DNA from: Lingula anatina
Taxonomy: Eukaryota > Animalia > Brachiopoda
DNA length: 64,000 nt
Assembly (NCBI GenBank): GCA_051362555.1
Contig: CM120642.1
Coordinates: 12,276,001-12,340,000, forward strand
Direction of reading: 5' to 3'
Shown piece after piece: positions 51,791 through 64,000 of this stretch (position 1 is its first letter; each line of letters begins with the position of its first letter). The notes under the pieces were generated by a model, which was given only the letters and a program-made list of their open reading frames with translations, searched no databases and was not told the origin of the DNA. The position numbers and the translations under genes are program-made.

Positions 51791-52042
51791 TGGCTACGTA
51801 TGGACCTTTAAATTATTTCAATTTTGTTCATATGTGATCATTTGTCTCAAATTGCTCCTTAACATGTACTGCATCTCCCCAGTCTCCTGTTAACCTGCCT
51901 CTCCTAATTACATATTGCATGGACAACTATTCCATACATGCTGTTACTTTAACAGTACCTATTCCTGACTTCACATTCGTGACCTGTGTAAGATATGGTT
52001 AATCAGGCTATAATAATTTTCATATATGATCTCTTTGTAATT

Positions 52043-52190
52043 GGACCATTCCACAGCATCAAGACATAAACATTCTTCAAAACCTTTAAATTTAATCATA
52101 TTCCTTTTAAAAGAGAAAGAAAATTGCTGCTGTGCCATTTTTCAACTTTTTTAAAAAGCAAATTGGGATGAGAATACTGTGGAATGGCCC
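52043..52190. mobile_element. Short Harbinger-like MITE
   Basis: 14-bp TIRs ggaccattccacag / ctgtggaatggccc with 1 mismatch; the terminus resembles the 45541 element. Confidence 0.5.
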
Positions 52191-53956
52191 TATACATATC
52201 TGCTATTTTGTTCTTGTGCAGTGTGTGACAAATTTCATCTTTCAACTAACTAGACACAGTTAAAGATGTATCCTATTGATAAAACACCAAACTTCACATT
52301 TTTTCCAAATGAACCTCTCAGCTGTGAACATACCCCTGCTAGTAGCTACATGTACCTGTACTTATGAGTGCCTTAAGTTCTACATTTGTGGGTTCCTATC
52401 TGTACCTGAGTAACTAGAGCATCCATAAGTACCTACCTGTACCTCACAGTGCCTAACTGTAACTTGTTCAGCAAGTACAGTCAAAGTTGCCTAAGTTACA
52501 TTTTAACACATCTGATTTCCAAAAATATTATTGTGTTAAAAATTCCTTTAAAAGATAATGTTAAGCTCTGCATTAGGTTCATGGCACCATAAACAGCTCT
52601 CAGAGTCAGTTAATAAAATCAATAGCCTTAACAAAAATGATACATTTGAAAAAGTGATATCTGTGAAATTTGTGAGCAATTACCAAACCCAGAATAAACA
52701 CATACACCTGTATGTACCTGTCTACCCCACTGACCACTAGCTCTGTCCATATTTCATGCTATGTGCTCCTTGCCTGACAGAGATCTATCATCAGGTCACA
52801 CTGTTCTAACCACACTGAGGAGACCCACCCTCTGCAAAATTAGGGATTATCAACACAATGGTGATGGACAGTATTCATATCTGATATACTTGATGCTGCT
52901 TATAATCAAAGTATTAAAATAACATATATCAAATAATTAGAATTATTAAATACAATTTTGGTACCTTGGCAAGCTTAAGAGTCATAGCAGAAAGTCGTTT
53001 TAAAAAGGATGCAAGGTGAAAATAATTATCTCAAATCAAACTCATTTCGTTACAATATGGCACAAATTTTTTTCTTTACAATATGTGAAAGCATCACATG
53101 TGGAAAGTTCAAGAATACAGAGCACATAAACTTGATTATAATTTCAGACAAGGGCAGACCTGATCAATACACCCAGTGTGTGCCTTGCTGCTGTAATTGT
53201 GTACTGTATACCAATGTATCCTAGTATTAGTACAGACACAACCAGCCAGGGATAATAGTGTTACATACAGTACTTTTCCAGGGACTTAAATTGCTTCAAT
53301 CCACACATACTACAGGGGGTTTGTGCCTATGTCACCTCCATTCAAATTGTACAACCAATTCTGAAGCAGGCAATGAACTGAGCAGTTTTTAACTGAAGGG
53401 CAGCTTTTTCAACCAGTGATATTTATCTTTTTTAATGCCACCTAGAATTCCTTCTAAAAACATTGGCTGAATGGTTATCATCCTAAAAAGAAACTGAAAG
53501 CAATGTAGGAAGTAATACTTGACTTAAAAAGTGAGAGAATCCCTGCAAAGTGGTACTTACTTATGGTGACAGGGTGAAGCTCTATGCGCCAGGAATGTCT
53601 TCTCAGAAAGTAAAACAAAAGTGTCATACAAAACAAAGTAATTTAAAATGAGAAAAGTACTGCTTGTGCATAAGTAATCAGTTTTCACTGGCTGTTGGAA
53701 AACAAGGAAGTCATGGGAGCAAATAAAAAAAACCCTAAAATCAGGAAATCACATAAAAAATCAAATCCTAGTTTAAACAAGGCAGCAAAGCTGTCAAATG
53801 TACAGACAAAAAACAGAAAAAAAAGCGCAGGAAATAGGATACTGTCAATTTTGATGCATTAATGTATTATGCTTACTGTAACTGCATAGCCAACATCAAA
53901 TTCTAATTGTGCATAACATTGAATTAGGATGAAAGTAAAATGTGTAACAAGCATTA

Positions 53957-54175
53957 GACTGAGTTCCCATACCTAGATCAATCTAACAGGATCAATCCAA
54001 CTCCAAGGGGTTTCTCACTAAATTGCTTTCAGTTTAAGCGGCTTAGGATTCTGGCATGCCAGTTTCAGTAGGCGTGACAGACAGCTAAGCCACTTACATT
54101 GATTGCAATTTAGCGAGAATTCCCTTGGAGATACATCGATCCACAGTTAGCGTGATAGGGTCTGGAAATAGTCCC
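53957..54175. mobile_element. Palindromic Harbinger-like MITE, an inverted relative of 45541-45796, nested in the Helentron
   Basis: Reverse-complement similarity to the 45541 copy along its length, with a shortened centre. Flanked by TTA and TAA. Confidence 0.7.
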
Positions 54176-54268
54176 TAAGGCTTGAGGCTGATAAGAGTTA
54201 AACTTTGGAAATGCCAGAATGAGATAAAGTGAAAATTTCTTAAACTCATTGCTTAAACTCAATTAAAA

Positions 54269-54307
<39 letters not shown>

Positions 54308-55009
54308 CATACTTGTAAGTTAAAAAAATACAGAAAGTGTTACAAAGTTACAGTACAGGGCTCCTGGTGGATGGGAGTGATAAGTCACATCTTGAAAATG
54401 CTAGTTTGAAAAATTAAAAATTAAAGAAAAAATTACAAAAAATATTCCACTAAAGCTGCCATTCAGTCTAGCTGCATAACCATGATATGAATCATCCAAC
54501 TTCAGGTTAAACAGTGTAAACAAGTCACAGAAATATATATTTTGTTTTACCACAAAAAGGGCAGTCATAGCTATTATTCTGATATCTGAACTTGTCATCA
54601 GACCATGTGACCTCCATAGGTGGCTATACTTTGTAATAATTTCTTAAGAGATTTTAACAAAAAAAACTTTTTAGAAAAAAAATTATTTGCCAAAAAAGAA
54701 CAGTTATTATCCCTTTAACTGTAAAGTCAAGTTGCAAATATTGCACAACAGGTGGTATCAATAAAAGTGAACTGTTACATACCCTTTGGAGTTTTAAGTC
54801 ACACACTGAAAATGCCAGTAGGTAAAAGATAAAAAATTTCAAAAATATATACAACAGAATAACATGGTCAATAAGATTACAGTTTCAGGACCATATGTGA
54901 GAGTTCAAATTCACATAATGAAAATCCCTATATGTGAAAAATGATGACAGTGCATAAAATAATATTACACAATGTTTAAAGACATAAAAACCAGCACAAC
55001 TGCTAATGT

Positions 55010-57790
55010 GGAAAAACAAAATACACAGCGCTTCTGGTGGATGACAGTTGAAAGTGTCATCTTGAAGATGCTAGTGTTTGAAAAAAAAAATTAAAAGAAA
55101 ATGTAAAATAAAACATAACAAATAATACCAATAAAGCTGCTATTCAAACTTTTAATCTAGCTGTACAATTACTAACATGATATGAATAACCCTATTGATT
55201 TTGAGAATAATAAGGCACTGTTATTCATCTTTAGCATTAATGTAAGCGTTACACAAAATTTTTTTTGTAAACTTATTTTCAATATTAAATAACATTTACC
55301 TGCATAATAATCATCGATTCCTAATTATGTGACACAGTTAAGAGAGATAAACCTATGGGACTTTACAATGAAATCTCAATGTGTGTTTATGTAATCTCAT
55401 TTAATGGCCACTTGAAAATTAATTAAGCAAATTATTTTATAACCCTGAAATAACTTGAAAATTAATTAAGCAAATTACTTTATAACCCTGAAATAATTGC
55501 CTACTATCCATATACATTTATTGCACCAAATAGCACTCTACTGCATTGCTTTCAAAACAGAAAACAATTATAATGGTTTTCCAACACAAGCTGCACTTCA
55601 GTCTTTTCAGTAAGGTTGATTATCATAAGTAACATGGTTTTCCCTTAATCGCTATCCTGGCAGCAGTGTCCAAAATAGGGTTTTCTTCAACTTTCATGCA
55701 ATAAAACATAATACTTAACAGCATATTGACCATCAATTTTTTTATAAAAAAATAAAAGTATCATGAATATTCAGAAAATGTGATTTGGGAAGATCTTCAA
55801 GGCCATGGAAGTTCAGAGTCACACTTTCAAAATGCCAAAATGTAAACAAGAGATAACTGTACTGAATTGATTTTCTTTCCATTTTCAACACCTTTTTTAA
55901 AACAAAATAATCAATAAACTGTCATTTTTAAATGGTCAACTAGGAAAATTGTTGACATAAGAAAAATATCAATAGAACAATTTTCAATGTCCAATTTGCT
56001 CCATTTGCAGATGCTGAACATAGTGAATGATTAAATCTGACAAACTGCAATGATGAGTTCCTTTCCATTTATGAAACTTTATTACACAATGCACAATAAC
56101 AGGTTTACCGTCATTTTTATATAATCAACTAACAATATTGTTAAGAAGCAGAAAATGTCAAAACAACACTTTTACATATCTTATTAGTTACATAATGAGA
56201 CTGTTAACATGCCCAAGAATTAAATCTGAAGAAATAACAATTATATACAAAAATACAGAAAATGCACAGCACTTCTGGTGGATGGGAGTTAAAAATCACA
56301 TCTAGAAGATGCTAGTGTTTGAAAAATAATTTTAAAAAATTTTTAAATAAAACGTAAAAATTTCCAATAAAGCTGCTATTCAAACTTTCAATCTAGCTGT
56401 ATTAACTTGATATTAATAACCCCACCAAGTTTGAGAAAAATAAAGCACTGTTATTCATCTATAGCATGTTGGCATAACACATTTTTTTTTTTTGTTGTAA
56501 ATTTATTTGCAATGTTAAACACCATTTATCTGCACAATTATCACCAAATCCTAATTTTGTGACACAGTTAAGAGAGCTAAACCTATGGGACTTTACAGGG
56601 AAATCTCAAGGAGTGTTTTATGTAATCTCATTTAATGGCCAATTGAAAATTAATGAGTAGGCAAGTGACTTTATAGACCTTAATTTAATTAGTGATCACC
56701 CATTCCTACAGTACCATCATATAGCACAAATGTGTTATAGGTGTTGCATACATGCTGAAAAAAGTGAAAAAACAGCATTACTTCCCTAAAAATGACCCGA
56801 ACATGCTGATTTTCAAACTTGACCTGCGTATTATAAATATACATTTGTTCTGCAAGTTTCAAGCCAAAAGGTAAAATGGTTTTCCACTTATCATGTTATC
56901 AGTGTTGCATATATGCTGAAAAAAGTGAAAAACAGCATAACTTCCCTAAAAATGACCTGATCATGCTGATTTTCAAACTTGACCTGCGTATTATGAACAT
57001 TCATCAGTTCTGTAAGTTTGAAACTATAAGGTAAAATGGTTTTCCACTTATCGTGTTATCAGTGCTGCATATATGCTGAAAAAAGTGAAAAAACAGCATA
57101 ACTACCCTGAAAATGACCTGATCATGCTGCTTTTCGAACTTGACCTGCGTAATATGAATATTCATTAGTTCTGCAAGTTTCAAGCCAAAAGGTAAAATGA
57201 ATTTTAACTTATGTTATCAGTGTTGCATATATGCTGAAAAAAGTGAAAAACAGCATAACTTCCCTAAAAATGACCCCATCATGCTGATTTTCGAACTTGA
57301 CCTGCCTATTATGAACATTCAGCAGTTCTGTAAGTTTCAAGGCAAAAGGTAAAATGGTTTTCCACTTATCGTGTTATCGGTGCTGCATATATGCTGAAAC
57401 ATGACAGCACTGTTCTGCAATGGGTTTTCTTCCATTTTTAAAACACTTTTTTAACATAAAACAAAATAAACACTTTACTACCATTTGTATATGACCAACT
57501 AAGAAAATTGATGAGATGGGAAAAATATCAATAGAACAGTGTTAAATGTCCAATTTCCTCCATTCTGAGATTCTGAAGATAGTAGATGATTGAATCTGAC
57601 AAACTGCAATGATATGAGTTTATTTCCATTTTTGACACTTTATTACACAATACACGATATCAAGTTTACCATCATTTTTACATAATCAACTAACAATGTC
57701 ATAAAGATGCAGGAAATGTCAAACAAACACTTTTACGTATCTTATTAGTTCAATAATGACACTGTTAACATGCCTAACAATTGAATCTGA
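55010..57790. repeat. Internal block duplications in the Helentron
   Basis: Block A at ~55010-55420 recurs at ~56250-56655, with a partial third copy at ~54330-54490. Block B at ~55870-56230 recurs at ~57420-57790. Confidence 0.8.
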
Positions 57791-58249
57791 GGAAATGTGA
57801 AAAAACAGCATAACTTCTAAAATAATGGCCTGATTATGCTGATTTTGGAACTCAACCTGCGTTTTAGTAAGATTGACCACTCCTGTAAGTATAATGACAA
57901 TTGGCCCATCTGTTTTTCTTATATTGTGTTATCAGTGCTGAGGAAATGTGAAAAAATAGCATAACTCCCCTAAAAATGGCCCGATCATGCTGATTTTCGA
58001 ACTTGACCTGCGGATTATGAATATTCATCAGTTTTGTAAGTTTCAGGCCAAAAAGTAAAATGGTTTTCCACTTATCGTGTTATCGGTGCTGCATATATGC
58101 TGAAAAAAGTGAAAAAATGGCATAACTTCCCTACAAGTCACCCGATCATGCTGATTTTCGAACTTGACCTGCGTATTATGAATATTCATCAATTCTGTAA
58201 GTTTCAAGCTGAAATAAAAAACAGTTTTCCACTTATCGTGTTATCGGTA
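56732..58249. repeat. Satellite-like tandem array, ~160-bp monomer (4 units, interruption, ~3 units)
   Basis: The anchor atgctgaaa recurs at 56754, 56915, 57075, 57233 and 57393 (spacing 161, 160, 158, 160) and again at 58099. Whole monomers are similar, e.g. gatcatgctgattttc.aacttgacctgcgtattatgaa. Confidence 0.95.
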
Positions 58250-61200
58250 AAAGTGCACGACGGCAAGGACGGCGACGACGGCGACGACAGACGCAGATGA
58301 TGGCTATATGTACAGACACATCTGTGTCTGTACATAAAAAAGGGCCACAAAATGAATTATATGGTTTTAACTTACTAATAATCATACAATAGGTACTCTA
58401 CTTTTTAAAGTATAAATACACTGGTCAACAGCAGCAAAAATGTACTTGTGGGTAGAGAGCAATGTAAGATAAAATATCACTTAACCCTATGGCCAGCCAT
58501 GTCACCCCACACACCAGTCATGGAGTCTACATTCAAATGCCAAGACTGGCTTAAATTATATACATTAACTTAATATTCTAGCATCTGATGACCAGTGCAC
58601 TATGTCCCTTCATAATCCCAGTTCACTATGTCCCTTCATAATCAGTCTTTAATTTTTGCCCTCTGCCCTCCCCCCCCCCCCCTCCAAGCCCCTGCTCCTT
58701 ATGGTTTGAACAGCAAAAAGAATGTACATACTCTGTCAATTATGATTACAATGCCTTGTTTCACATTTTCTCTATTTCTGGTATTGCTATAAATTATAAT
58801 TATTAAATCCTTCAAACTGAACACTATCATATATCTGATTACATTATGTCTAAAATATTCCCATATGGTTTGAAAAGAGCTATAAATACCTGTCCCAGTA
58901 TCCAGTCAGAACATTAAAATAACACCTGAGTATATTTGTCCAAGTTTTCAGACCACCCTTGTAGTCAGATATGCCTGGAAAGTCTGTATAGAAAAATTCA
59001 AGGCACTTACCATGGGAGACTTAATCAATAATTCATAACTTGGTATCATTTTCATTTGCAGTTCACTATTCACAAAATGATTAATTTGTTTTAAATTAAT
59101 ATTTCAAAAATAAAATTTAAGACATCAATTTTAGAAATGCCTCTCTGGAGAAGATCAGTTCAAGTTTAATGTATGAGTTCCCTTATGAATAATACAATAA
59201 GTCTGAATATACTTAATTAACAACATAATTTCCTGCTCCAACAAAAAGTTGATTTCATTTTGCTATACACCAGTTTATATTTATATATAATCACTGTGAG
59301 TATAAGTGACGTAAGATAACAGTTTCTATAAATGCACCTCCGCCTATATCACTGCCCAAATCACCATCCTGATAACATTAGACAATTGTAACACGCTAGG
59401 TGACTCAGACATGAACATCTGGCTTGAAAAAATTACAAGCTCACTAAAATTCCAACAAGTATCACAGAAAATGCATATTAGTAATCAAAATCTTTCCAGT
59501 ATAACATATATTTATAAATACAAACAAAATTTTTTTTATTTTTACATACAATCGTGTTCAAAAATGATGTAAATTTCCATTTGATTGTGAGTAACTGACT
59601 GTAACCAGTCAATATTTAAAAGCATTCCTTATTCCCAAAGGATGTCATTACTTGATTAGGCCCTGTTATAAACCTCTAAACAACCTCTTTCATTTATCAA
59701 AATGTAAAAATCATTTCTATCAACAATATTTGCTATTTGATTTGATTTGATTTTTATTTTATTTCATTTGATGAAAAAAAAGCAATCTTCTCCTAGTACT
59801 AATTACAAATCATTGATAACCCTATCCCTGCACTAGGATTCAAAGTTTGAATTTCATAATACTGTACAACACAGATGTCAAGGTTTGCCAGATCTTACGT
59901 TATATGTCTGAGATGAAGTACTTTGAGTGTGCTTTTTTAATAAGCACATTTCTCAGCAAGACTCATCCCTGGTGAAATGAAAGTTTATCTAACTTGACTC
60001 AATCTTCACTCCACACTTGGTCTCATTCATTAATACCTGCCAATACTTTCATGAACATTTTTCATCATGTCCAGCTCACACTATGAGCTTTGAGCTGAGT
60101 AACAAGCCTTGGCTGGTTATGACCTTCAGGTTAACTCATTCAATGATCTGGAATACAATGCAAGTCTTATTTCTGTCACACATCCTCCAAAGTGAAGAGC
60201 TAACCAAGATTAGAGCAACACTGAGCTGTAAGCTTGATAGCTGAGCACTACACTCACAGTGTGTGTTGGACTAAAGAATCAGCACTTTGGGACCACATTC
60301 TTCCAGGCTAATCCTTATCCATAGAGCTCAAAGATGAACCTTATCTCAATAAAACCTCAAAGCATCTATTAAAATGATTACCCTGTGTTTATCTGTCTCT
60401 TTTCAACAGAAATAAGCCTCTAGAAATGTACTGTCATGCTCTAAGTTTCTCTTTGATGTGTGAAACAGCCAGGTTATTGAATCATTGCGTGAGAATCTCT
60501 CCAGACAGTGTAATTTTTATAAGAAGATTTGAGTGCACATTCATTTTCATTTTCCTGACAAGGAAGAAATGCTGGAACCCTCTATTCAGTTCAGGTTCTA
60601 TTAAGCTCCATGGATACTAGTACTAGTAGGTGCATGTCCACAGTATAAAAATAGCTGTGACATTAAATTCTATACAGAAATACGTAGAAGCAATAAAATT
60701 CTCAGAAATCATTATTCATCAAATTTCTTCAAATGAAGGAAACTTGTAGTAGGCTCTTATAAAATTATCCAGATTTATTTCTTCCTAATCACCACTGTGA
60801 CAAGCAGAGAGAATCAATTCAGTGACAACCATTTCTCTACCAGATTGATCTGTCTCTAAGAGCTCTGTATTATCCTCTCTAGCATCTAGCAAAATAGTCA
60901 GTGAGCCTGATCAAATGCTTTAATTGATCAGAGATTATGAATGTGTGGAGGGCATCTGTATTCCTTGTATGCTAAATTCATTTGAATAAATTTGATGCTA
61001 ATCTCCATGTTTTCACCCTGAGATTCAAACTGCTGACGGTAACTATAATAACCTATCCATCAATGGAATTCCAGTAATTTACTTAAATATGTTGAAGATG
61101 AGCGTTGAAGGGTCCGACATTCAGGGTGCTTGTCCCTCCTAGAATGGAAAATGGACATTTTCTATATGATGTGGTATCTAGGAAGTGAGTGAGCATGATA

Positions 61201-64000
61201 CACAACATTAACCTCTTACAACTGGTATCAGAGACCATTCATCATAAAATAACCACAAAATGAGATTTTGCTATAAGTCATGGTGATTTGATTGTATACA
61301 AAAACATCCACCAAAATATAGTTTTGAATGGCAAATTCAGTGGTCTAAATCAAAAGAATTGAGAAAGCAGAAAACTAGCTAAATATTATAGGAAGGCTTG
61401 TAAAAAATGTCAGTTTGCTTGTTCTTGTGCTTGATTGGGTTTCTTATAATCTTAAAGCAAATTTCCTTGGCCAAGCAATGTAAATATACATTTACATACT
61501 AGTTCATGTATGTATATCAGCTAAACATCCTCTTAATATTTGCGAATTGTTTTCCTTACCTTTTTCCATAAATGCTAAACATTCAGCATTATTCAAGTTC
61601 TATGAATTTCTCACTTTTTCAAGGCAAAGTCAGGGAATAGCAGGACAAAATGTGAAGTCATTTTGCCTGAAAATGTCCAGTTCGTGCTGTATCCCAGCTT
61701 TAAAATATTCAAATAACACAAATGCTGACATTTACACACATCCAGGTTCTTCATATAGGTCAATATATCACTGTGATATCTATAGTTTCTCATCAGCATT
61801 GTTTCCAAGGCATAAATTAGACCGGTGACTTGGAAATGTGTCACATTTGTGCAATTGTTCTAATAACATCTGTAACATGATCTATGAACCATCTGTGGAA
61901 AAATCCTAATTTACTTAGCAGAGAAGGTTTTGATTACATTTGATAGTGTTTCTATAATAATGGCATCATAAGTTTCCTCTTTTGCTAATATACATGTACA
62001 GCACTCATTCGCTAATAAAGTTACATTCAATAATGAGAGGTAAAAAACAGGACAGGGACATTGTGTTTGACAACAGATGGAGCCATGTTTCCTGTGATTA
62101 AAACTTGATATACGTAGATAAACCATTTCTGTTAGGCCTTTACAACATCCAATGTGACTTTTAAAATGTCTTTATAACAAAACATAAATTCACAGGTGAA
62201 GAAGCTGTACAATCTTTGATCAAACAACAGATACATGTAGTTTAAGGTATCTGGTATATCTCTGTACTGATCAATAAATTCAGTCCTTTGTTTTATAAAA
62301 ATAGCCCAAACATCACAATACTATCCGTATCATAATGGCATATTCAAGCCATGGTCAGTGTGTAAGCCCTCAACAACTAAACCCTGTTTAGATTGAAAAT
62401 CAGTTTCATTTTTCTGACATTTCATCATGCTATATATAGCATAAAGAGGAATAAGCAGACATAGCATTGACCAAACCCTCCTTAACAGACATATATCTGT
62501 ATGCATACACCTTCATCTCTGTAAGCTCTGCCTAGACTGACTGGTTTTCTGATAAAAGAAAAATTCAAGTTAATCTAGTTTTACAAAATCCTACTAGTAC
62601 ACATAATTTCATTATTCACAAGTGTATCGCTGTTTTGAGGACATCTACTTGATAAAACCAAAATCTATCTCAGCATCAATCTGGCAGCTAGTCCAAGCAA
62701 GGAGACAACACTATTTACTGCATATATAGGACATTAAATTTTCTCAGCTTTTATTCCTGGCACATCCAATCCTTAACAATTCATCAAAAACCAATCAATA
62801 TCCCAAAGAGAGTGCAAAAATAACCGACCTGACATATATCTCATATCTGAGTTGTTAATCATAAAGAAATTACTAATTTTAAGGAAATATCAATGTAATT
62901 TAGACTTCATCCTTGTCATTATTTAATAAGCAATTCTTCTACTGGATCACTGATGAAGTGGCAAATGAGATAGGATATTAGCTATATTTCACAATACATG
63001 AGGCACTGTAAATGGATGCGTATAGCATTTGGCAGAAAAAAAAAGCACATGTATACAGAGTAGCAAGAGCTTGAAACCTTATCAATGTTTACTAAAAAAA
63101 GAAAACAACATCATGCTGCCGTATTATCAAATCTTTCTATGGACTTCATTATCAACACCAATTTATCTCACCAGATATCTCCAAATTCAGACATCTCAAT
63201 GTCTCTCTTATAATACAGACCAGAATCTCATTTCATAAATGAAAGTGAATTCACTTCAGTAATATGATCCATCATGAATGTAATCCTTTGTGGAGGTGTT
63301 GCTGACAAATAACAATGGGATTTCATCAAAACTCAAACATTGTCAAATAAGGTACATTGCAGTGTTATCATTCAATGTAACATACAGGAAGTTCAATCAT
63401 GTCTCTCCAATTTCAACCATAAAAGATATCCAGACACATAAAAACTGACATACACCAAAAGTATAATAAATTTTAGTGGGGCAGTAAGAGGAAGGTCAGG
63501 CTCTATTATATGGAGTAGCAGCCTCCCCCCTCCCCCACCCACCTACAGTACACACACTGGGACCCCTGACGACTTTCTATTATTTCAGTATATTACCGAA
63601 TACAGGAAACAAAAGCACCCCATGGCAATAAGGTGGTATGCAGAGATATATGACACTCACTTTCAGGAAAAAGATGCTTTTAATTGCCAATATGCCACAG
63701 CTCTTACGAAAGTCTCTCTAGCTTAGGGCAGCAAGAGATAGATAATAACTGAAGGACAGCTAATTGTAGGTAAACATGCAATATTACATACTTCAAAGAA
63801 AGTAGCATATCCCATATACCCCGGGTACATATACTTCATCGAGTTATAAGTCAAAACTTCTCTGACAGTTCAAACAGTCAACCTTCAGTCTTAGAGGCTA
63901 GTAACTCACATTCAGGATAATAGACCTACATGGAGAAAGATCTGTAATTTTCTTAATGAATGTTGAAAACCAGCACATATACTACAGCATGGATACAGTT

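Larger units (their letters stand above)
53775..58341 (-). mobile_element. ~4.6-kb non-autonomous Helentron-type element carrying ~160-bp tandem repeats
   Basis: One end has an A-run, the 14-bp-stem palindrome tatgtacagacaca-tc-tgtgtctgtacata (58307-58336) and a gacg/ggc microsatellite. The other end has subterminal tgtacagac (53799-53807), hairpin ggcagc-aaa-gctgtc (53781-53795) and aaacaag. The interior contains tandem arrays and block duplications. Confidence 0.8.

Noticed and set aside
56732-58249. Regularly spaced repeats as a CRISPR-like array
   Set aside because: Whole monomers are similar with no unique spacers, there are no cas genes, and the context is eukaryotic. It is a satellite.
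61037-61056. cggtaactataataacc, resembling the LSU rRNA / I-CeuI site motif
   Set aside because: Only ~11 nt match and there is no flanking rRNA similarity, so it is likely chance.
58342-64000. Short ORFs and possible upstream non-coding EVI5 exons (e.g. donor-like actcac at 63655-63660)
   Set aside because: No coding signal or consistent exon chain could be built. It is probably 5' intron or intergenic DNA and needs RNA data.

Overview
Eukaryotic (animal) genomic DNA, AT-rich and intron-rich. The gene content and Helentron-type elements suggest a marine invertebrate, probably a mollusc or other lophotrochozoan (inference). Splicing exons by hand gives six genes: (1) the last exon of a chitin-binding type-2 protein (+); (2) a 3-exon TauE/SafE sulfite-exporter-family gene (-); (3) a TNIP2/ABIN-2-like EABR+UBAN gene (-) with a cluster of NF-kB sites upstream; (4) an unrecognised 3-exon, 171-aa membrane-protein gene (-), head-to-head with (5) EXOSC2/RRP4 (+), which has a U12-type intron; (6) a 19-exon EVI5-like TBC RabGAP (-) with a candidate 18/15-nt microexon and a 60-nt cassette exon. 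Introns carry a 4.8-kb long-TIR MULE/Foldback-like element, a 3.3-kb TA-TSD pogo/mariner-like element, palindromic Harbinger-like MITEs and a 4.6-kb Helentron-type element with ~160-bp tandem repeats. The 10.7-kb EVI5 intron appears to hold a heavily decayed EGF-REJ-GPS (polycystin-1/REJ-like) gene. All homology calls are motif recognition by eye, with no database search. I see no evidence of a novel multi-gene system; the best leads are the orphan gene, the nested relic and the EVI5 microexon.
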